DNA from: Eremomyces bilateralis CBS 781.70
Taxonomy: Eukaryota
Strand: one strand, 5' to 3'
Assembly: GCA_010015585.1 (NCBI GenBank)
Contig: ML975151.1
Length of the DNA stretch: 64,000 bases
Made by a program: the position numbers and the translations under genes. Positions 1 to 12,825 of the stretch are shown piece after piece (within the stretch, counting starts at the first letter, position 1; each line of letters begins with the position of its first letter). A model generated the notes under the pieces. That model saw nothing but the letters and a program-made list of their open reading frames with translations. It made no database searches and had not been told where the DNA came from.

Positions 1-615
1 GCTTCCGTCCACCTTCCCATACTTGGCAGGCACGCCTTTCTCAACCCAGTCGACCGCCCGTCTCAGGTCTGAGGCTTTTGTCTGACCCCCTGAGAACGCT
101 GTGGCGGCCGATGCGAAGTCCTGTCCGATGGCCGCGGATGGTGGGCCGCTGGCGATCACGAAATATCCATGGCTGGCGATTTCGTTCAGGAAGTTGGGAA
201 CACCGTTCCGGAAGGGATGCAGCCTCATTCTCCGAAGATTAGCACTGGCAGTTCGACATCCGTCGGCGGCGTGAGAGGCGCATAGATGGTCATGTTAACC
301 AATGTCGAATCGGTCGTGTAATTGGCTTTATAGGCTCCAGAGCCACCTGTCGTGTCAACCTTTCAGTGAGTCCCTCTGGAAGACCTGGAAGACCGCCAGG
401 CCCCCCGCCTTGGAGGAGTTCGGTGAAGTTCAGGCCAGTGAGGTTGAAGCCGGGGGCACCGCCCCCTATTCCACCTCCCAATCCACCAAACAGGCTGCCC
501 ATAGGTCCATCAATATCAATGGGGATATCTGACGGTGATCCACCAACGGCCTGCGGTAGTGCCGCGCTCCACACTGAAGGGGCGAGGTAAGGAAGAGAAG
601 AGACCGCATCGTCAT
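1..615 (-). pseudogene. Disrupted secreted alpha/beta-hydrolase (runs off left edge)
   Basis: Stitched minus-strand reading: MTMRSLLFLTS../..VWSAALPQ..GLPEGLT/VDTTGGSGAYKANYTTDSTLVNMTIYAPLTPPTDVELPVLIFGE*GCIPSGTVF/PNFLNEIASHGYFVIASGPP...ASDLRRAVDWVEKG. This matches the fungal hydrolase pattern GGSGxYxA..TIYAP..LPVLIxGxGxC..NFLxEIASHGY. In-frame TGA at 227-225 and frame breaks near 575, 362 and 198. Confidence 0.75.
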
Positions 616-2157
616 GTCACGTTAAAGAAGCGTTGTGTAGCCGAAGTAGGTTCCGGTGGATGGGTTGAAATAGTTCAAAGAATCCGTACCAGACATCCAT
701 GATGAGTGCGGAACGAAGATCATATAGTCGCATCACAGAGTCCACAGATTAACATTATGGAGAAGAGGGAGAAGATGGGAAACTTAAGAGGAATTTTATA
801 TGTATTGTGTTGCACCTACATTGATTAGGACGAACGGAATTGAATGGTAGGACTGATGCATAACGAAAACCCAGCAGTCCAAGCACATTACATAGATCAG
901 GGCTTGCTCGTCCTGGAAACCTATGGAAAACCGGATGCCGGTCCGGAGCATAGCCCTAATACCAAATCTATATCCATACCTCATACATACCTAATTCCCG
1001 AATTCGCCGTGCTCCTAATCGGTCAACGAGCGATTCCTCCTCACGGAATAGGCTCACGGCACTTAAGCGTGTCTCGAGTACAGTCGGTTTGCACCTATTT
1101 ACCTGAAACCAGCTTCTAGAATCCTGACCTAGTAAGGGATGCCAAAGGAATTTCAAGCCGGACTAGAGCCAGAGGGTGCCAGATCAGGAATACACATAAG
1201 CAGAGAAACGCAAACAAATATGCAACTTGACTGAGAGAAGAAGCCAAAGAGATTCTGGAGAAATTCCGACTTGATACCCGTGATTTATCCTGAATCCATG
1301 GATGACTGTACTTGGTTGACGAGGATAGGACTGCCCTGCTTCTGGAGGTTATCTGTGAAAAAGAATGGTCAGTTATAGCCATTCTGAACGTTGATATAGT
1401 GGTAAAAAGACCATGACGGGAGTAGGACTTGCAGTTGTCAATGGATGTTGAAGTTTAGTTTAGATTTGTTGATCGTTTTGGCGTGTCAATCAATCACGCA
1501 CAATTGGTAACCTGTCAGAGGTAGTGAGATGCTTGTATTCCGTCAGAAGTACATAGTTTACCTTGACGGTATATATACCCAGGCTTATGTGATCTTATGT
1601 AATCTACAAGGTGCGGTGACTAAGTAATAGCCGCGGATTTCCGACAAAGATTGGACGATCCGGATTGATTAATTCTTGCGCTAGTTCGGGCCAACATCGG
1701 TTGGCCCACGTGGGGATTAGATTGAACGACTGCCTGGCAGTGGCTCATGAGGCATAAACTCAGACAGATGAATGAACACGAATGAAAGCCCTCCGGTGAA
1801 GGGCGCATACAGCGCATCAGCTAGAGTTAGCAAATATCATTTCAATCGAGACTGTATGAACCGTGGCCGCAGCCTGGTTATCTCAGCAAGTCAGACGGCA
1901 TCCAAGACATGGCCCCTGGTCTATACTATTCCACTAATAATGGTTTTGGGGCACCGCCGGTAACGAAACGAGGGCGTTTTGCCTAGGCGGAAAGACCGCA
2001 GAAAACGGTGTCAGAAACCTCCGTTTTTGGAGGCAGTTTCGATAGCACACATTACTCCGTACTACATAAAGGCATCTTGTTCCCTTGACTGCCCAGGCAC
2101 CGAATTGACATGCTAATAGCCCAATATCTATTCCCCTAAACTCCAGTACCACTCGAT

Positions 2158-3042
2158 CTATCGACCTTTCATAACCCGTTCACTAGTATCCTCGGTAACC
2201 CTCCCCAACCCAAGCCTATGGTATAATCCCCCTTTNNNNNNNNNNNNNNNNNNNNNNNNNNNNNNNNNNNNNNNNNNNNNNNNNNNNNNNNNNNNNNNNN
2301 CCCCTCCCCCTTCCTCCCCCCACCTGCGCCGCCGCCAACCTCTCCACATACGCATACTCCGGCCACTTCACCACCACCCCGTCCTCCCCCTCCAGCGCTG
2401 TCGCATACTGCTCCTCATCCGATATCCCCGCGAACTCGCGCAGCTTCGACAGCAGCGCGGGGTTACGGAGCTGCGCGCTGGTGGAGAGGCGCTCGTTGAA
2501 ATGCACGCCGCGCTTCTTGAGCAAGAGGAATTGGGTGAATTTCGCGGTGGAGGCGGGGGGGCTGCCCGGGGGGGAGGAGGGGATGGTGAAGGAGGGGGTG
2601 GGGGGGAGGGTGAGGTTGCGGAGGGCAGTGCGGTTGGCGGAGTAAGGGGATTGTGGTCGTGAAGTTGGTCCTTCGTCTGTATCGATAGGTTCGGCTTGCG
2701 GTCTGGATGGTCCCAGTGCTGGTCCTTCAGGTGTGGTGTCGACTGCTGGAGTTACGAGCTTCATCGGAGTCTCCGTGATAGGTCGAGATGGGAGTGTCTC
2801 TGAAGTATCTGGAAATCATTAGTTGCATCTACGGCACAGGTGCTCCAAGATCCGAACCTGCTGTATTGCTCGGTTCCTTTGCCCGAACCGTCTGCCGCTC
2901 CGAAAGGTTTGTCTAATTCCGCGTATATTAGTAGATATCCGACCTAAGGAGAGATTTGTAGGTGCCCAATTACATTCTGAGACGGAACAGATGCATCTTC
3001 ATCCTCGCTGCTTTCATAGCTCAGTCCAAGCATTCCAAGCAT
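2158..3042 (-). CDS. HCNGP/SAP30BP-like nuclear protein
   Basis: ATG 3042 (MLGMLGLSYESSEDED); introns 2973-2913 and about 2858-2809 join in frame to ORF 2216..2764. Motifs LTLPPxPxFxIPxSPPGSP, KFTQFLLLKKRGVHFNERL, LRNPALLSKLREFAGI. The 3' end crosses the gap at 2236-2300, so the stop is uncertain. Confidence 0.8.
2236..2300. other. Assembly gap (N run)
   Basis: Ns in sequence, flanked by C-rich tracts. Confidence 1.
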
Positions 3043-3506
3043 GGTGTCGACCTCTCAGTCTTCTCAATTGCGGAATGGCAGCGGGATAGGTCATGCTAAT
3101 TTTTTTCGGATACGTTATATGACTAGAAGGTTCCGCAGAATCATCAAGGCGTACGGGTAATGCACCTGTATGAAGAGGAAAGATTACGTATTAGATGCCG
3201 ACTGATGCAACTCACAACTCACAAAGTGAATTGCTGGCGGCTACTAAGGGCTTGGCGGGTCCTTTGACAAGGAAGCGCCCAATCGCGCGTTTATTAGGTA
3301 GTGGCTTAGCGCCTCAACAGCCGCAGGCAGCTTGAGCTTCGCGTCTATCTCCAACCTTCAACGCTCAAGCTCTCCATCACAACCTACAACAAGCAAACCT
3401 CAACGAATCTCCAACACTCGATACATCTACTACCAACCGTCAACCCAATACATACTCCAAATCTTCTCACCACAATTCACCACAAGACCCTACTAGACCC
3501 CAAACC
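3043..3506. promoter_or_regulatory. Short divergent (bidirectional) promoter region between HCNGP-like gene and PRE7
   Basis: Head-to-head ATGs at 3042 (-) and 3507 (+), 464 bp between them. Confidence 0.55.
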
Positions 3507-4330
3507 ATGGCCTTCGCTGCCCCCGACCACGGGCCAGGCTACTCCTTCACATCACCCACCACCGCCTCCGCCCCCAAACAACATGGCTTCTACCCGTAAC
3601 TTCCCCATCCCCCCCTTCCAACGTCACTAACATCCCCCATAGCTATACCGACAATGGCGGCTCCATCCTCGGCATCTCCGGCGCCGACTTCACCATCCTC
3701 GCCGGTGACACCCGGTCCACCTCCGGCTACAACATCAACTCCCGCATGGCGCCCAAGCTGTTCCGCATCGGCGGCGAGGGCCCGGACGCCACCGGCGCGC
3801 GAATCATCCTCGGCGTTGTCGGCTTCGGCGCGGACGGCGCCGCCCTCAAGGAGCGCCTCGACACCATCGTGAAAATCTATCGGTACGAGCACGGGAAGGA
3901 CATGTCAGTTAAAGCGTGCGCGCAGCGGCTGTCGCATCTGCTGTATGGGAAGCGGTTCTTCCCGTATTATACGCATGCGATCCTAGGTGGGATCGACGAG
4001 GAGGGGAAGGGGGCGTTGTATAGCTATGATCCGGTGGGGAGCTATGAGCGGGAGCAGTGTCGGGCGGGCGGGGCGGCGGCGAGTTTGATCATGCCGTTTT
4101 TGGACAATCAAGTGAATTTCAAGAATCAGTACGTGCCGGGGAGCGGGGAGGGGCATGATTTGAAGGCGCGGGAGGTGGTGCCGTTGTCGCGGAACTATGT
4201 GATGGAGTTGGTGGAGGATGCGTTTACGAGTGCGGTGGAGAGGCATATTGAGGTGGGGGATGGATTGCAGGTGTTGGTGGTGACAGAGAATGGGATTGAG
4301 GAGCGGATTTCGCCGCTGAAGCAGGATTAG
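3507..4330 (+). CDS. PRE7: 20S proteasome subunit beta type-6
   Basis: Exons 3507-3595 and 3643-4330 (258 aa): FYPYTDNGGSILGISGADFTILAGDTRSTSGYNINSR...KRFFPYYTHAILGG...YSYDPVGSYERE...AVERHIEVGDGL. Confidence 0.96.
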
Positions 4331-5075
4331 GGAGTGGGATACCCACAGCTGAGGATACTTGGTTTACGTCGCATTCGATGGCGCATTTGGGGTGTTGAGC
4401 TCCGTGGCGTCTAGTGATTTCTTTGAGCAATACACGTGGCTACAGTTTAACCCTGAGATGACTGCACCCGGGGTTGTAAATGCTCATCAAATGGTAACGC
4501 TCTGGTGCTTTCGTTCCATGCGAACTCAATGTCAGCCGGAAGCTTGATTCACTAATTCCGGAGTCAGGACCAGGGTACCAATCCAACCAAATATATTTGT
4601 CATATGGCTCTTATTGCCAATCATACTCGATGCAGTCTTGTAATTAATCCTCAAACAGCAATTGGCCATATTCTGCTCGAAATCCCCTCCTGCTCCACTT
4701 CATCTGATGTCGGCCCCGGGCGAAGCTGAGAACGGTGATAAAATTGAGCCATATAACCATCCTTCACAGCTGCTCAATCTGTATAGATTGGATGACGGGA
4801 AAGATGGCATTCGGCCTGTAACTTCACTGGCTGTCTCGAAAATTTTCACGGACTACATGCATGCTGCGAATGTAGCATCGAAGGTTCCGAAGCCAAATAT
4901 GCTCCTGCCAGCTGATCCACGGTAGTCAGTACCAGAAAGCACGAAAGACTAGCTACTCCGTGTATGAGCTGCTGACCAACTTCGAGTTCATCGCAAGCAC
5001 TTATAGATCTTTATAACACCGGCATCGTATTCGAATTATTGTATCATACTAGCTGAACGACAGCGATCAGTCGTG

Positions 5076-5716
5076 ATGCAACTCTTCTTATCCGCGATAT
5101 CTCTTATTCTCTTCGCGTAAGCCATATCCCAACCATCCTCTCCCCAAATCGCTAACGGTATACCACAGCTCCCATGCCTCCGCACTATTCACAGGAGCCC
5201 GCCCCTCCAGTACTGTGAAGAGCACCACCATCAGTGGATCTGCCGCACCTACCCCCCTCTCCTTTAACCCAGGCGGACCCATGATTCCCGCATCTGCTCC
5301 TCCTCTATCCTTTAACCCAGGCGGACCCATAGTTCCCGCACCTACTCCCCTCTCCTACAACCCCGGCGGCCCAATGATCTCTGCCTCCTCCGCCCCCTGC
5401 ACGAGCCTCGTCTTCATCGGCATGAAACATCGGCGTGACGCAGTCACCTCGTCAGCGCCGGACACGGACGAGGATGGCTGGCTGGGGGGGACGTGTACGT
5501 GGCATGAGACGTACGTGGTGGCGACGAGCAGCGTGGATTGTAAGGGGTGTGTGTTGCGGACGGTTGCGTTGGGGCATGGACCGGTGAGTAATGGGTATCT
5601 AGGGATTGGAAGGGAGGTGCTGACGTGAGTAGGTTCGACTGTGCGATGAGAATGTTACGGTGGCGACCGGGACGGAAACGATTAAGGCTTGCGCGGCGTC
5701 GGCGACGGTGGGTTAG
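5076..5716 (+). CDS. Small secreted protein, 179 aa, three PLS[FY]NPGGP repeats plus a 6-Cys C-terminal region
   Basis: Exons 5076-5116, 5169-5583, 5633-5716 with canonical GTAAGC/GTGAGT donors and branch sites; total 540 nt in frame; signal peptide MQLFLSAISLILFASHASA. Confidence 0.8.
5245..5380 (+). repeat. Three degenerate coding repeats (about 45 nt) encoding APTPLSFNPGGPMIP-like units
   Basis: cctctcctttaacccaggcggaccc / tctatcctttaacccaggcggaccc / cctctcctacaaccccggcggccca. Confidence 0.9.
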
Positions 5717-6720
5717 AGGGGGGATTCGTTTGATAGGGGTTGGTGGGAACTGGAGCATTATCCCCCGCAAACATTATGGGATATATGTGACTATGACAGA
5801 TGAAAGAAGCCAAGGATGACAATAGTGGTTGACTGGGTTATGAAATAATGCAAATTACCAGACCGAATACCTTATACACCACGCCAATCCGGCAATCCAT
5901 GCGGAAAGAGATTCAACTACTATTACGGCATGAATCATCTGGCCATTGTCAGGTAGTATATATACCATCCGTCATCACATCTGGAATTGGGTAGCTCCTT
6001 GTGAAAATGAGATTACACCCGCGCGTACCCATGGGGATATATCCAGAACCAGTGAATCGGTGACCGATAATCAAAGCCATTTGCCTCTTGACGTCGTCGG
6101 AGGTGGCTGTTAAGTGTTGACCCTCCCCCCGACGTCCCGCTATTGGGACTGTGTCAGCAGACAACCACACATCTTTGTTAGCACCAGCATTACCAGCAAG
6201 CAACTCCCGCTCGCGATGGGTGGTTGATTGCAATTCCGCGAGTTACTCGGGGAATCCGTAGCAGTGTAAAGTTAAGTCATACCGTACGAAGGTGAGTGAA
6301 GACTGAGGAGGTTGGGCAGATAGGAAGGGTGGAAGTGTGGAAGACCGAAGACTGGAACTCTGGAACTCTGGAAGGCTCGGGAAGGAGCTCGGACCATGGC
6401 GCCTTCTGTTTGGCAATTGGCATCTGGAGGTGGGACCGTGGGAGCTCCGTTTGATACATTTGCGTTCCGCGAGAAAAGAGACCTTCAACGGAACTTTTAC
6501 GTGATATATCACTCCACTTCAGTACCACCCTATAATCACTTCTCTTCCATTCTTCCATCCCGTCTCTACCGCTCTCCCTTCGCAACTTCTCGCGTTAGCG
6601 CTCCACTTTTCGCATTCGACTTCAGCATGGTTGATAGTTCAAAGCTTGCGCGCGTTCCCTGTTCCTAACCTTCCTCCACCGTTGAATACCGAATCTTCAC
6701 TTTGATACCATAGCTTCAAA

Positions 6721-9700
6721 ATGCGTCTTCGCGTCGAGGTCCTCCCGCCCGATCAGGGTGCGGCGACCGCATCTGCTGCGTTCAAGCCCGCGACCAAGGG
6801 CCCACTGACGGGTAGGATATTCAATCTGCCCGTGCAGCCCAGCATGACTTTCGAGGAAGTATGGAAGCGGATAGAGGAGCGATACAAACGGAATTATTTG
6901 AGCGGTCGCAGTGCGCAGTAAGTGAAACCGTCCAACTATCCCGGTAACCGTCACACGTCGGTGCTGATATCGGGAAGGCAGTTCGCGATCAAGAAACTCC
7001 AGGACGGCTATGGAGCTGATCTGGACATTGGCGACACAGTTGAAGAGATCTTTGAGGGAACTCCAAATGACCAGCTCATCGTGAAAGTTATCCCCGCCAC
7101 GCAAAACCGATTCTCTTCGATTCCACCGGAGTCCAACCTCCAGCCGGCCGCCCTGAAGAGGAAATTGGATGTCATTGAGCAAGCAAACAAGAGAAGGAGG
7201 CTTGACCGTGTCGCTGAACATCAGGACGCGGATGTCCCGGTTGAATCGATGGAGGTGGACGTGGATCACGACGCAGAAGCTGGGGCTACAGGGGATGTCG
7301 AAGTGACCGGGCGCAATGGGGTGGTTCTGGTCAAAGACTCCCAACCGGATGCGCTGGTATCCCCATCGTCCCAGGAAAAAAAGAAGAAGAAGAAGATGAA
7401 GAAGTCGGCGGCTAGAATTGTCGAAGACTCCGACGTTGCGATCCCGTCCTCTATCCCTAACAACACGGCCGAGCAAGACCATGCACCGGAGCAGTCATCT
7501 TCACCCATTCAGATTCGACCGAGCGAGGATTTACGAGCGGATGACTACGACGTTCCCATATCGGAAGATGAGGATGAAGAGGAGGCCCCTCCCAAACCAA
7601 CGGGCAAACTATCAAGGCCGTCATTTTTCACACCCAGAAAGCCAGGCAACAACGTCTTGGGAATCCGTCCGAACGGATCACTGGAAACCTCGGGTCCCAT
7701 GTCCGCATCTAAGGCACTCGACGCGGCGAGGGAGCAACGACAAGTCGGTTCCGCGACTTCCAGTAAATCGGCACAGCTACCGCGGAAACCGTCGCCGCCC
7801 GTTGCATCAAAATTGATGGGGAATATGCGACCATTCCTCACGCAGAACAATCTGGTCCCTCAGAGAGGTGAAAGCTCTCGTTCAGCGCAATCGAAGTCTC
7901 TGACCCCGAGGGCCACATCGGCATCAAGACGAGCGAAGAGTGTTGCTACCAAGACCGTACCTGCTGCCGGCGGAAATAAATGGGATGACCACGAGGAAGA
8001 AACGCTGTTGAAGGCGCTGAGGAATAGCATGACCCTTAAATACATCGAGAACAGCAATTTACTTCCTGGGCGGAGCTATGAATCGATAAAGGGAAAGGCG
8101 AGGCTTTTCAAATCCAATGGGCGAATCAATGACGCTCCTAAATCATCTCCCCCGGCCTCTTCTCTGAATGTAATGCGTCCTCCACCGAAACGGTCTGGCC
8201 TACGGAACAGCGACAGCGCGGCGATCTCCGTCTCGGCTAGTCCTCGAAACGCGACCGACAAGGTTACACGACTCGGTCAACGCCCATCTTCCAAAAGCGC
8301 CACCTACATCACTGCGGACGACGATGCCTCAGAAGTAAGCGATCCTGAAGTACCGCTTGTCCGATCCAACCCCCCATCAGATTTATCCCGAGCGCCCCGA
8401 TCATCCAGCATTTCTTCCACTTCCAAACGGCCGATTGCACCAGCCTTCCGAGCACCCTCCAGCCGACGGGGGAGTTCCGGCGGGGACTCGATCTCGATTG
8501 ACGATCGGCGGTCGTCGATACGGGATAGCGATTCGGTTATTTCTGGGAGATTTTTATCGCCAAAGGCCGTAGGGAAGAAGACGAAAGAGTTGAAGCAGCC
8601 GGAGGTGCATGTCGTTCCTATATCTCGCAAGGCGGCAGCTACGGCAGCATCGAAGATAGCGAGGGCGGAGCGGACTACTATAACTCCTGCACCTACTGAG
8701 GCAGATGGAGAAGCTGAAGCTGAGGATAAGGACGCCGAAATGGGAGAGGAAAAGGTGGAGAATGAAGAAGAGAGTGGGGAAGAAGGCTCCGAGGAACAAG
8801 AGGAGAGCAAAACGTCAACATCGGCATCCATAGATGAGAACACCGGAAACAAGGAGTCGTCATATCACGTTGATGAGGATGATAATGACACCACCGACGA
8901 TGAACCTACCATCGAAGTGGAGCGGTTGAAGAACTCGACTCCCGGCACCGGCAAAATCACACGTGCTGCAAAGGTAGCTGAAAAGACGAAAACTCGTGCC
9001 GGAGAGCGAAATGTCGCTGAAACGGACGAGTCGGATGCGGATGAGGAAACGGACACTAGGGAAGCCGCTTCTAGCTCGGGAGAGGAGAGGGAGTCTGAAG
9101 AGGACAAGGAGGAAGTAAGCGGCAGTGAAGAAGCCAGTGACGAGGAAGAGGACGAGTTGACCGAGACACAGGCGGTGGAAGCGGAGGAGACGACGGACGA
9201 GGCTGAGGAAGAGGTGATCGAGAAACAGTCAGTGGAGGCGGAGGAGACCACGGATGACGAAGAGGAGGAAGACGAGAGCGAGGCAACGTCAGTGGAAGAA
9301 AAGGAGACCACGGATGACGAAGAGGATGACGAAGAGGAAGCGGAAGCGGCATTGGCACCGGTGCCGCTCGTGCCCCGTGAACGATCTGAAGTGTCGAGCG
9401 ATGAGCCTGAGCGATCTCCTGCCCAGCTCAAGGTCCATCCCAAAAAGGTCTGACCCCTAACCGCGAGTAGTAAACTTGACCCTAACTTCGATACTAGAAG
9501 AACCTCCCTTCGTCACTCCCCACCGCCAAGAAAACGGAGTCATCTCCAGCACAGTCAGTTCATCCGCCCGCATGGCAAGCGGTCAACAAAATTGCGTCGC
9601 AGCCGAGCGACCAGGACATGCTCGATGCTGACGACGAGATCCCCTCCTCCCCTCCCATACTCGACACCGAACCCGTTGCCTCCGCGAAGAAAGAAGAGCC

Positions 9701-10205
9701 TCCGAAACCGAAACCGGCGCCCCCTGCGACCTACAAATCCCGGTTTCCATCTTTCCGCCACGCGCTCAACCCTAGTCAGAGCCAGGGCCGCAGTACTCTG
9801 TCCTCCCCACTCCCCGGCCAAGCAAAAAGATCGCCTACTGCAACGAAGCCACCGACCCCGAAGAACCCCAAGACGTCCGCCTTGACCTCCCCGACCACCA
9901 AACCCCTCTCATCCGCCACGAAAAAGCCCCCCACGAAAAAGCCCCCCCGCGCCTCTCCCTCCAGCGACGCCTCCTCCACCTCCTCCGAAGACGACGACGA
10001 TGACGACGACGACGACGACGGCCCGGACATGGACGCGGTCAACAGCATGCGCACGCCGCGCGAGAAAGGGCAGGGTCGGCTGCACCAGCTCGCCAACGTG
10101 GTCAAAAGTGGGTTCTCTTCCGTTTCTACTTGGGTGTATTCCTCGTCGCAGCCGCAGGGGGAAGGGCTGGATGATGCTCGCGCGCGCGGATCGCCGGAGC
10201 TGTGA
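6721..10205 (+). CDS. Net1/Dnt1-like nucleolar protein (Cdc14-binding-type N-terminal domain), Myb/SANT-like segment, long acidic and low-complexity regions
   Basis: Exon 1 6721-6917, intron 6918-6977, intron 9433 (or 9448)-9497, in frame to stop 10205. N-terminus MRLRVEV..FNLPVQPSMTFEEVWKRIEERY..FAIKKLQDGYGADLDIGDTVEEIF resembles the Dnt1/Net1 N-domain; KWDDHEEETLLKAL...LPGRSYESIKGKARL is Myb-like. Confidence 0.7.
9170..9335 (+). repeat. Three approx. 60-nt internal coding repeats (VEAEETTDE/DEEEE)
   Basis: gtggaagcggaggagacgacggacgag / gtggaggcggaggagaccacggatgac / gtggaagaaaaggagaccacggatgac. Confidence 0.8.
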
Positions 10206-10878
10206 ATTGGGGATTGCGAACTGTTTTTTATTTCCCCGTTCTATTCATCCTGGTTATTCATGTACTTTTACGCCTCCTTGGGGATCTTTCTATCTTGTTT
10301 TGGTGGAATACCGAGGACGACTGGGCGATGCCCGGGGTCATTTTTCGTGAGTGGACTCCTTGCCGGGACCGGGTCGCTGACTTATTTGATTTGGCGTGTT
10401 TAGGAGCGGACAAGGAGAAGAGCGAGCGACTTTCGTTTGGGAGATGGTGATTGGTGAGCCGCGTGGGCGCCATCGATATCCCGTGTATCATACACCAATA
10501 GTGCTTGCGGTGGGATATCGTTTTACGCCGACTGGATCGATCATGGAGCTTTTAGTGGTGGAGTACGGAGTTGGTTGAGTGAATGAAAGGGTTGGCGGAG
10601 GAATACTATGAAGTGTGCAGCAGTGCAACGCAGATAAAGGACGGTTCCATCGCAGCGAAAGTTGTGCATAATGCGGTGCGATCCATGCTCGGATTTTGGT
10701 TCACCTAATTGTATAGCTAGCCACTCCAGCGTCGCATAATTCAGGTTACCACCATTTCTCTTTCAGCGAATTACCCCGATTTCTATTCCGGGCTTCCTCA
10801 CACCTTTTGATTAACCAATCCCACCCTCCGAACGCCTCTATTTATCTTCAGCAACCCCCCCGTCGGCATGCCGCTCGC

Positions 10879-11827
10879 TCACGAGAAAAACAGCTCCTTC
10901 AAAATCCGGGCCGTATCCTCGGGGTTCTTGACGCTATGCCCGATCGTCCGCGGATCGTCGTAGATCTCGTAGTCGTTGCCGCCTGGGAAGGTCTTGTCGC
11001 CAAAGAAGTGGATGGTGGAGTAGTCGACGCCGTCCGGGCGGGTTTTCTCGGCCTCGATGTGCTGCAGGCAATAGGTCTTGTCCCAGCCGGTGGGGAAGGC
11101 ATCGAAGGAGATTTGGCCACCGATGGAGTAGCTATGGATAGGTGACCAGAGTTAGGTTCAAGGATAAGAAGTAAAATAAAGGTTGAGATGGGATTAAAGG
11201 GGGGCAACTCACGTTAATCCCAGGTCCGGGAACGCCTTCTTCAACTCCTCTACCATCTTTGATCGGATCCCATGCTCCTTATCATACGCCTCGAACGCAT
11301 GCCTCTCCTCCCCGCTCGCGTTCCTCCCCACCGGACTCACATTAATCATCCCATGCCGAAACTCCACAAACGTGCCCCTCTTCACCGGAATCTCCAAATC
11401 CGCGATGTAGTGCAGAATCCAGCGCACCAGCGCCTGGTACTTCTCCTCCCCGATCCACTGGATGAACGAGGTGGAGGGCAGCGGCTCCCCGAGGCGGAAG
11501 GCGGTGAGCCCGTTCTCCGAGAAGCAGAAGTCGAAGAGCGAGGTCACGTTGACGGAGGCGGTGCCGAGTTGCTCCTGTTGCTTGACGAGGTCGGAGCCGC
11601 CGACGAAGGCGATGGCGACTTTGTGGCGGAGTTCGGAGAGAAGTTGGAGCATGGCGGGGGAGGCGTCCTTGGGGGGGGTTAGTGAGGGATGGGAGAGGGG
11701 GGGATGGGGGGATACGGACTTGTCGGGCGGGGGTGAGGGTGCCATCGACGTCAAAAAGGACGACGGTGTTCTTGATGGGACGCTGGTTGAGGGGGGGATA
11801 AAGCGAGCCTGCTTCTGCGTGCGCCAT
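10879..11827 (-). CDS. SEC53: Phosphomannomutase (HAD superfamily)
   Basis: Exons 11827-11720, 11667-11213, 11131-10879 (271 aa): [80 protein letters not shown]. Confidence 0.97.
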
Positions 11828-12825
11828 GGTTGCGGTGTATGAGGAAATGTCACGGTAAAGTGCAATTGAAGCTCCGGAGTGGGTGGTAAAGACAGAAGAG
11901 TGAACCACTGGCTTCTCGAGGGAATTCAGACTCTGAAATAGCGGTTGATTCAAAGATTACACGGTGTCGTGAAGCGAAAAGAAGCCACGAGTCCTGAATT
12001 GGGGATGGAGGAGGGAGGATTTTGATACTGCCAACTGCTGAATTGAAGCTTTCCCCAGTCCACCAGGTTCCTGACAGGCGAACGCCCGATTGGGAAATGA
12101 GGGGATGGGCCGATGGGATGTGCTCGGCGCCTCTCCGCAACGGACCGCAACGGACACTTATCCTAGTAGCTTCGACGTCGACTCATCGGTTATCATTATC
12201 AAATATCATCACTATCATGTTACTTGTATCGAAATAATCGTTGGGATTTCATTTTTGTGCGAGAAATGGCGTCGGAGATGCGTGGTCATCAGAGGTGCTG
12301 GTTGAGATGATGATAGGACCGATCACTCATCCATCATCGTGTGTGAGAGAGCGAGAGGGATGAGGAGTCCGATTCGAAGAAAGTCGTCAATATTGACCAT
12401 CTCATGTCGTGAGAGAGTCTTTAGACCTCGATCATCATTCAGGAGAGCCTAGTCGATGGCCGTCATATACTGTATACACCATCTTACCATTCATCATCAG
12501 AGCGCATATTGGCAACAAAGTTGTATAGGTTTGTATTCAAGAACGACAAGACGATAGTGGCCTATCAACCGCACTATCCTAAGTATTTGCGAAAGACTGT
12601 ATCCTCTTTTCCATATTGTTTCTGTTCATTCATAGTCCATTCCGTTTCCTGTTTGCGTATCATTCGCCTCCACCGCAGTGCACCGTTGGGACCAAAACCG
12701 TAATGATAGAACGACGACCGACGATGAACGACGACGTCTATACCACACTGCATCCACCCATCAGCAAACCATGACGAAGAAAGAGCAAGGAATCACCTAC
12801 CCCCCAGAAGCAACTCTAGGATACC

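Noticed and set aside
796..2152. Short ORFs between the hydrolase pseudogene and the HCNGP-like gene
   Set aside because: No motifs, no consistent splice model, no genic skew signature.
3230..3310. GGCGGC/AGTGGC motifs as Rpn4 (PACE)-like sites upstream of PRE7
   Set aside because: No exact GGTGGCAAA match; too degenerate to call without comparative data.
4662..4925. 87-aa plus-strand ORF
   Set aside because: Short, no recognisable features, lies in the promoter zone of the next gene.
6697..9443. Long antisense ORFs opposite the Dnt1-like gene (and similar ones opposite ArfGAP, Saf1-like, UBX)
   Set aside because: Shadow ORFs expected from GC-rich, low-complexity sense coding.
12304..12403. 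C/D snoRNA-like layout (ATGATGA with GAGATG/CATCTC terminal complementarity)
   Set aside because: D box is TTGA rather than CTGA and no rRNA-complementary guide was recognised.
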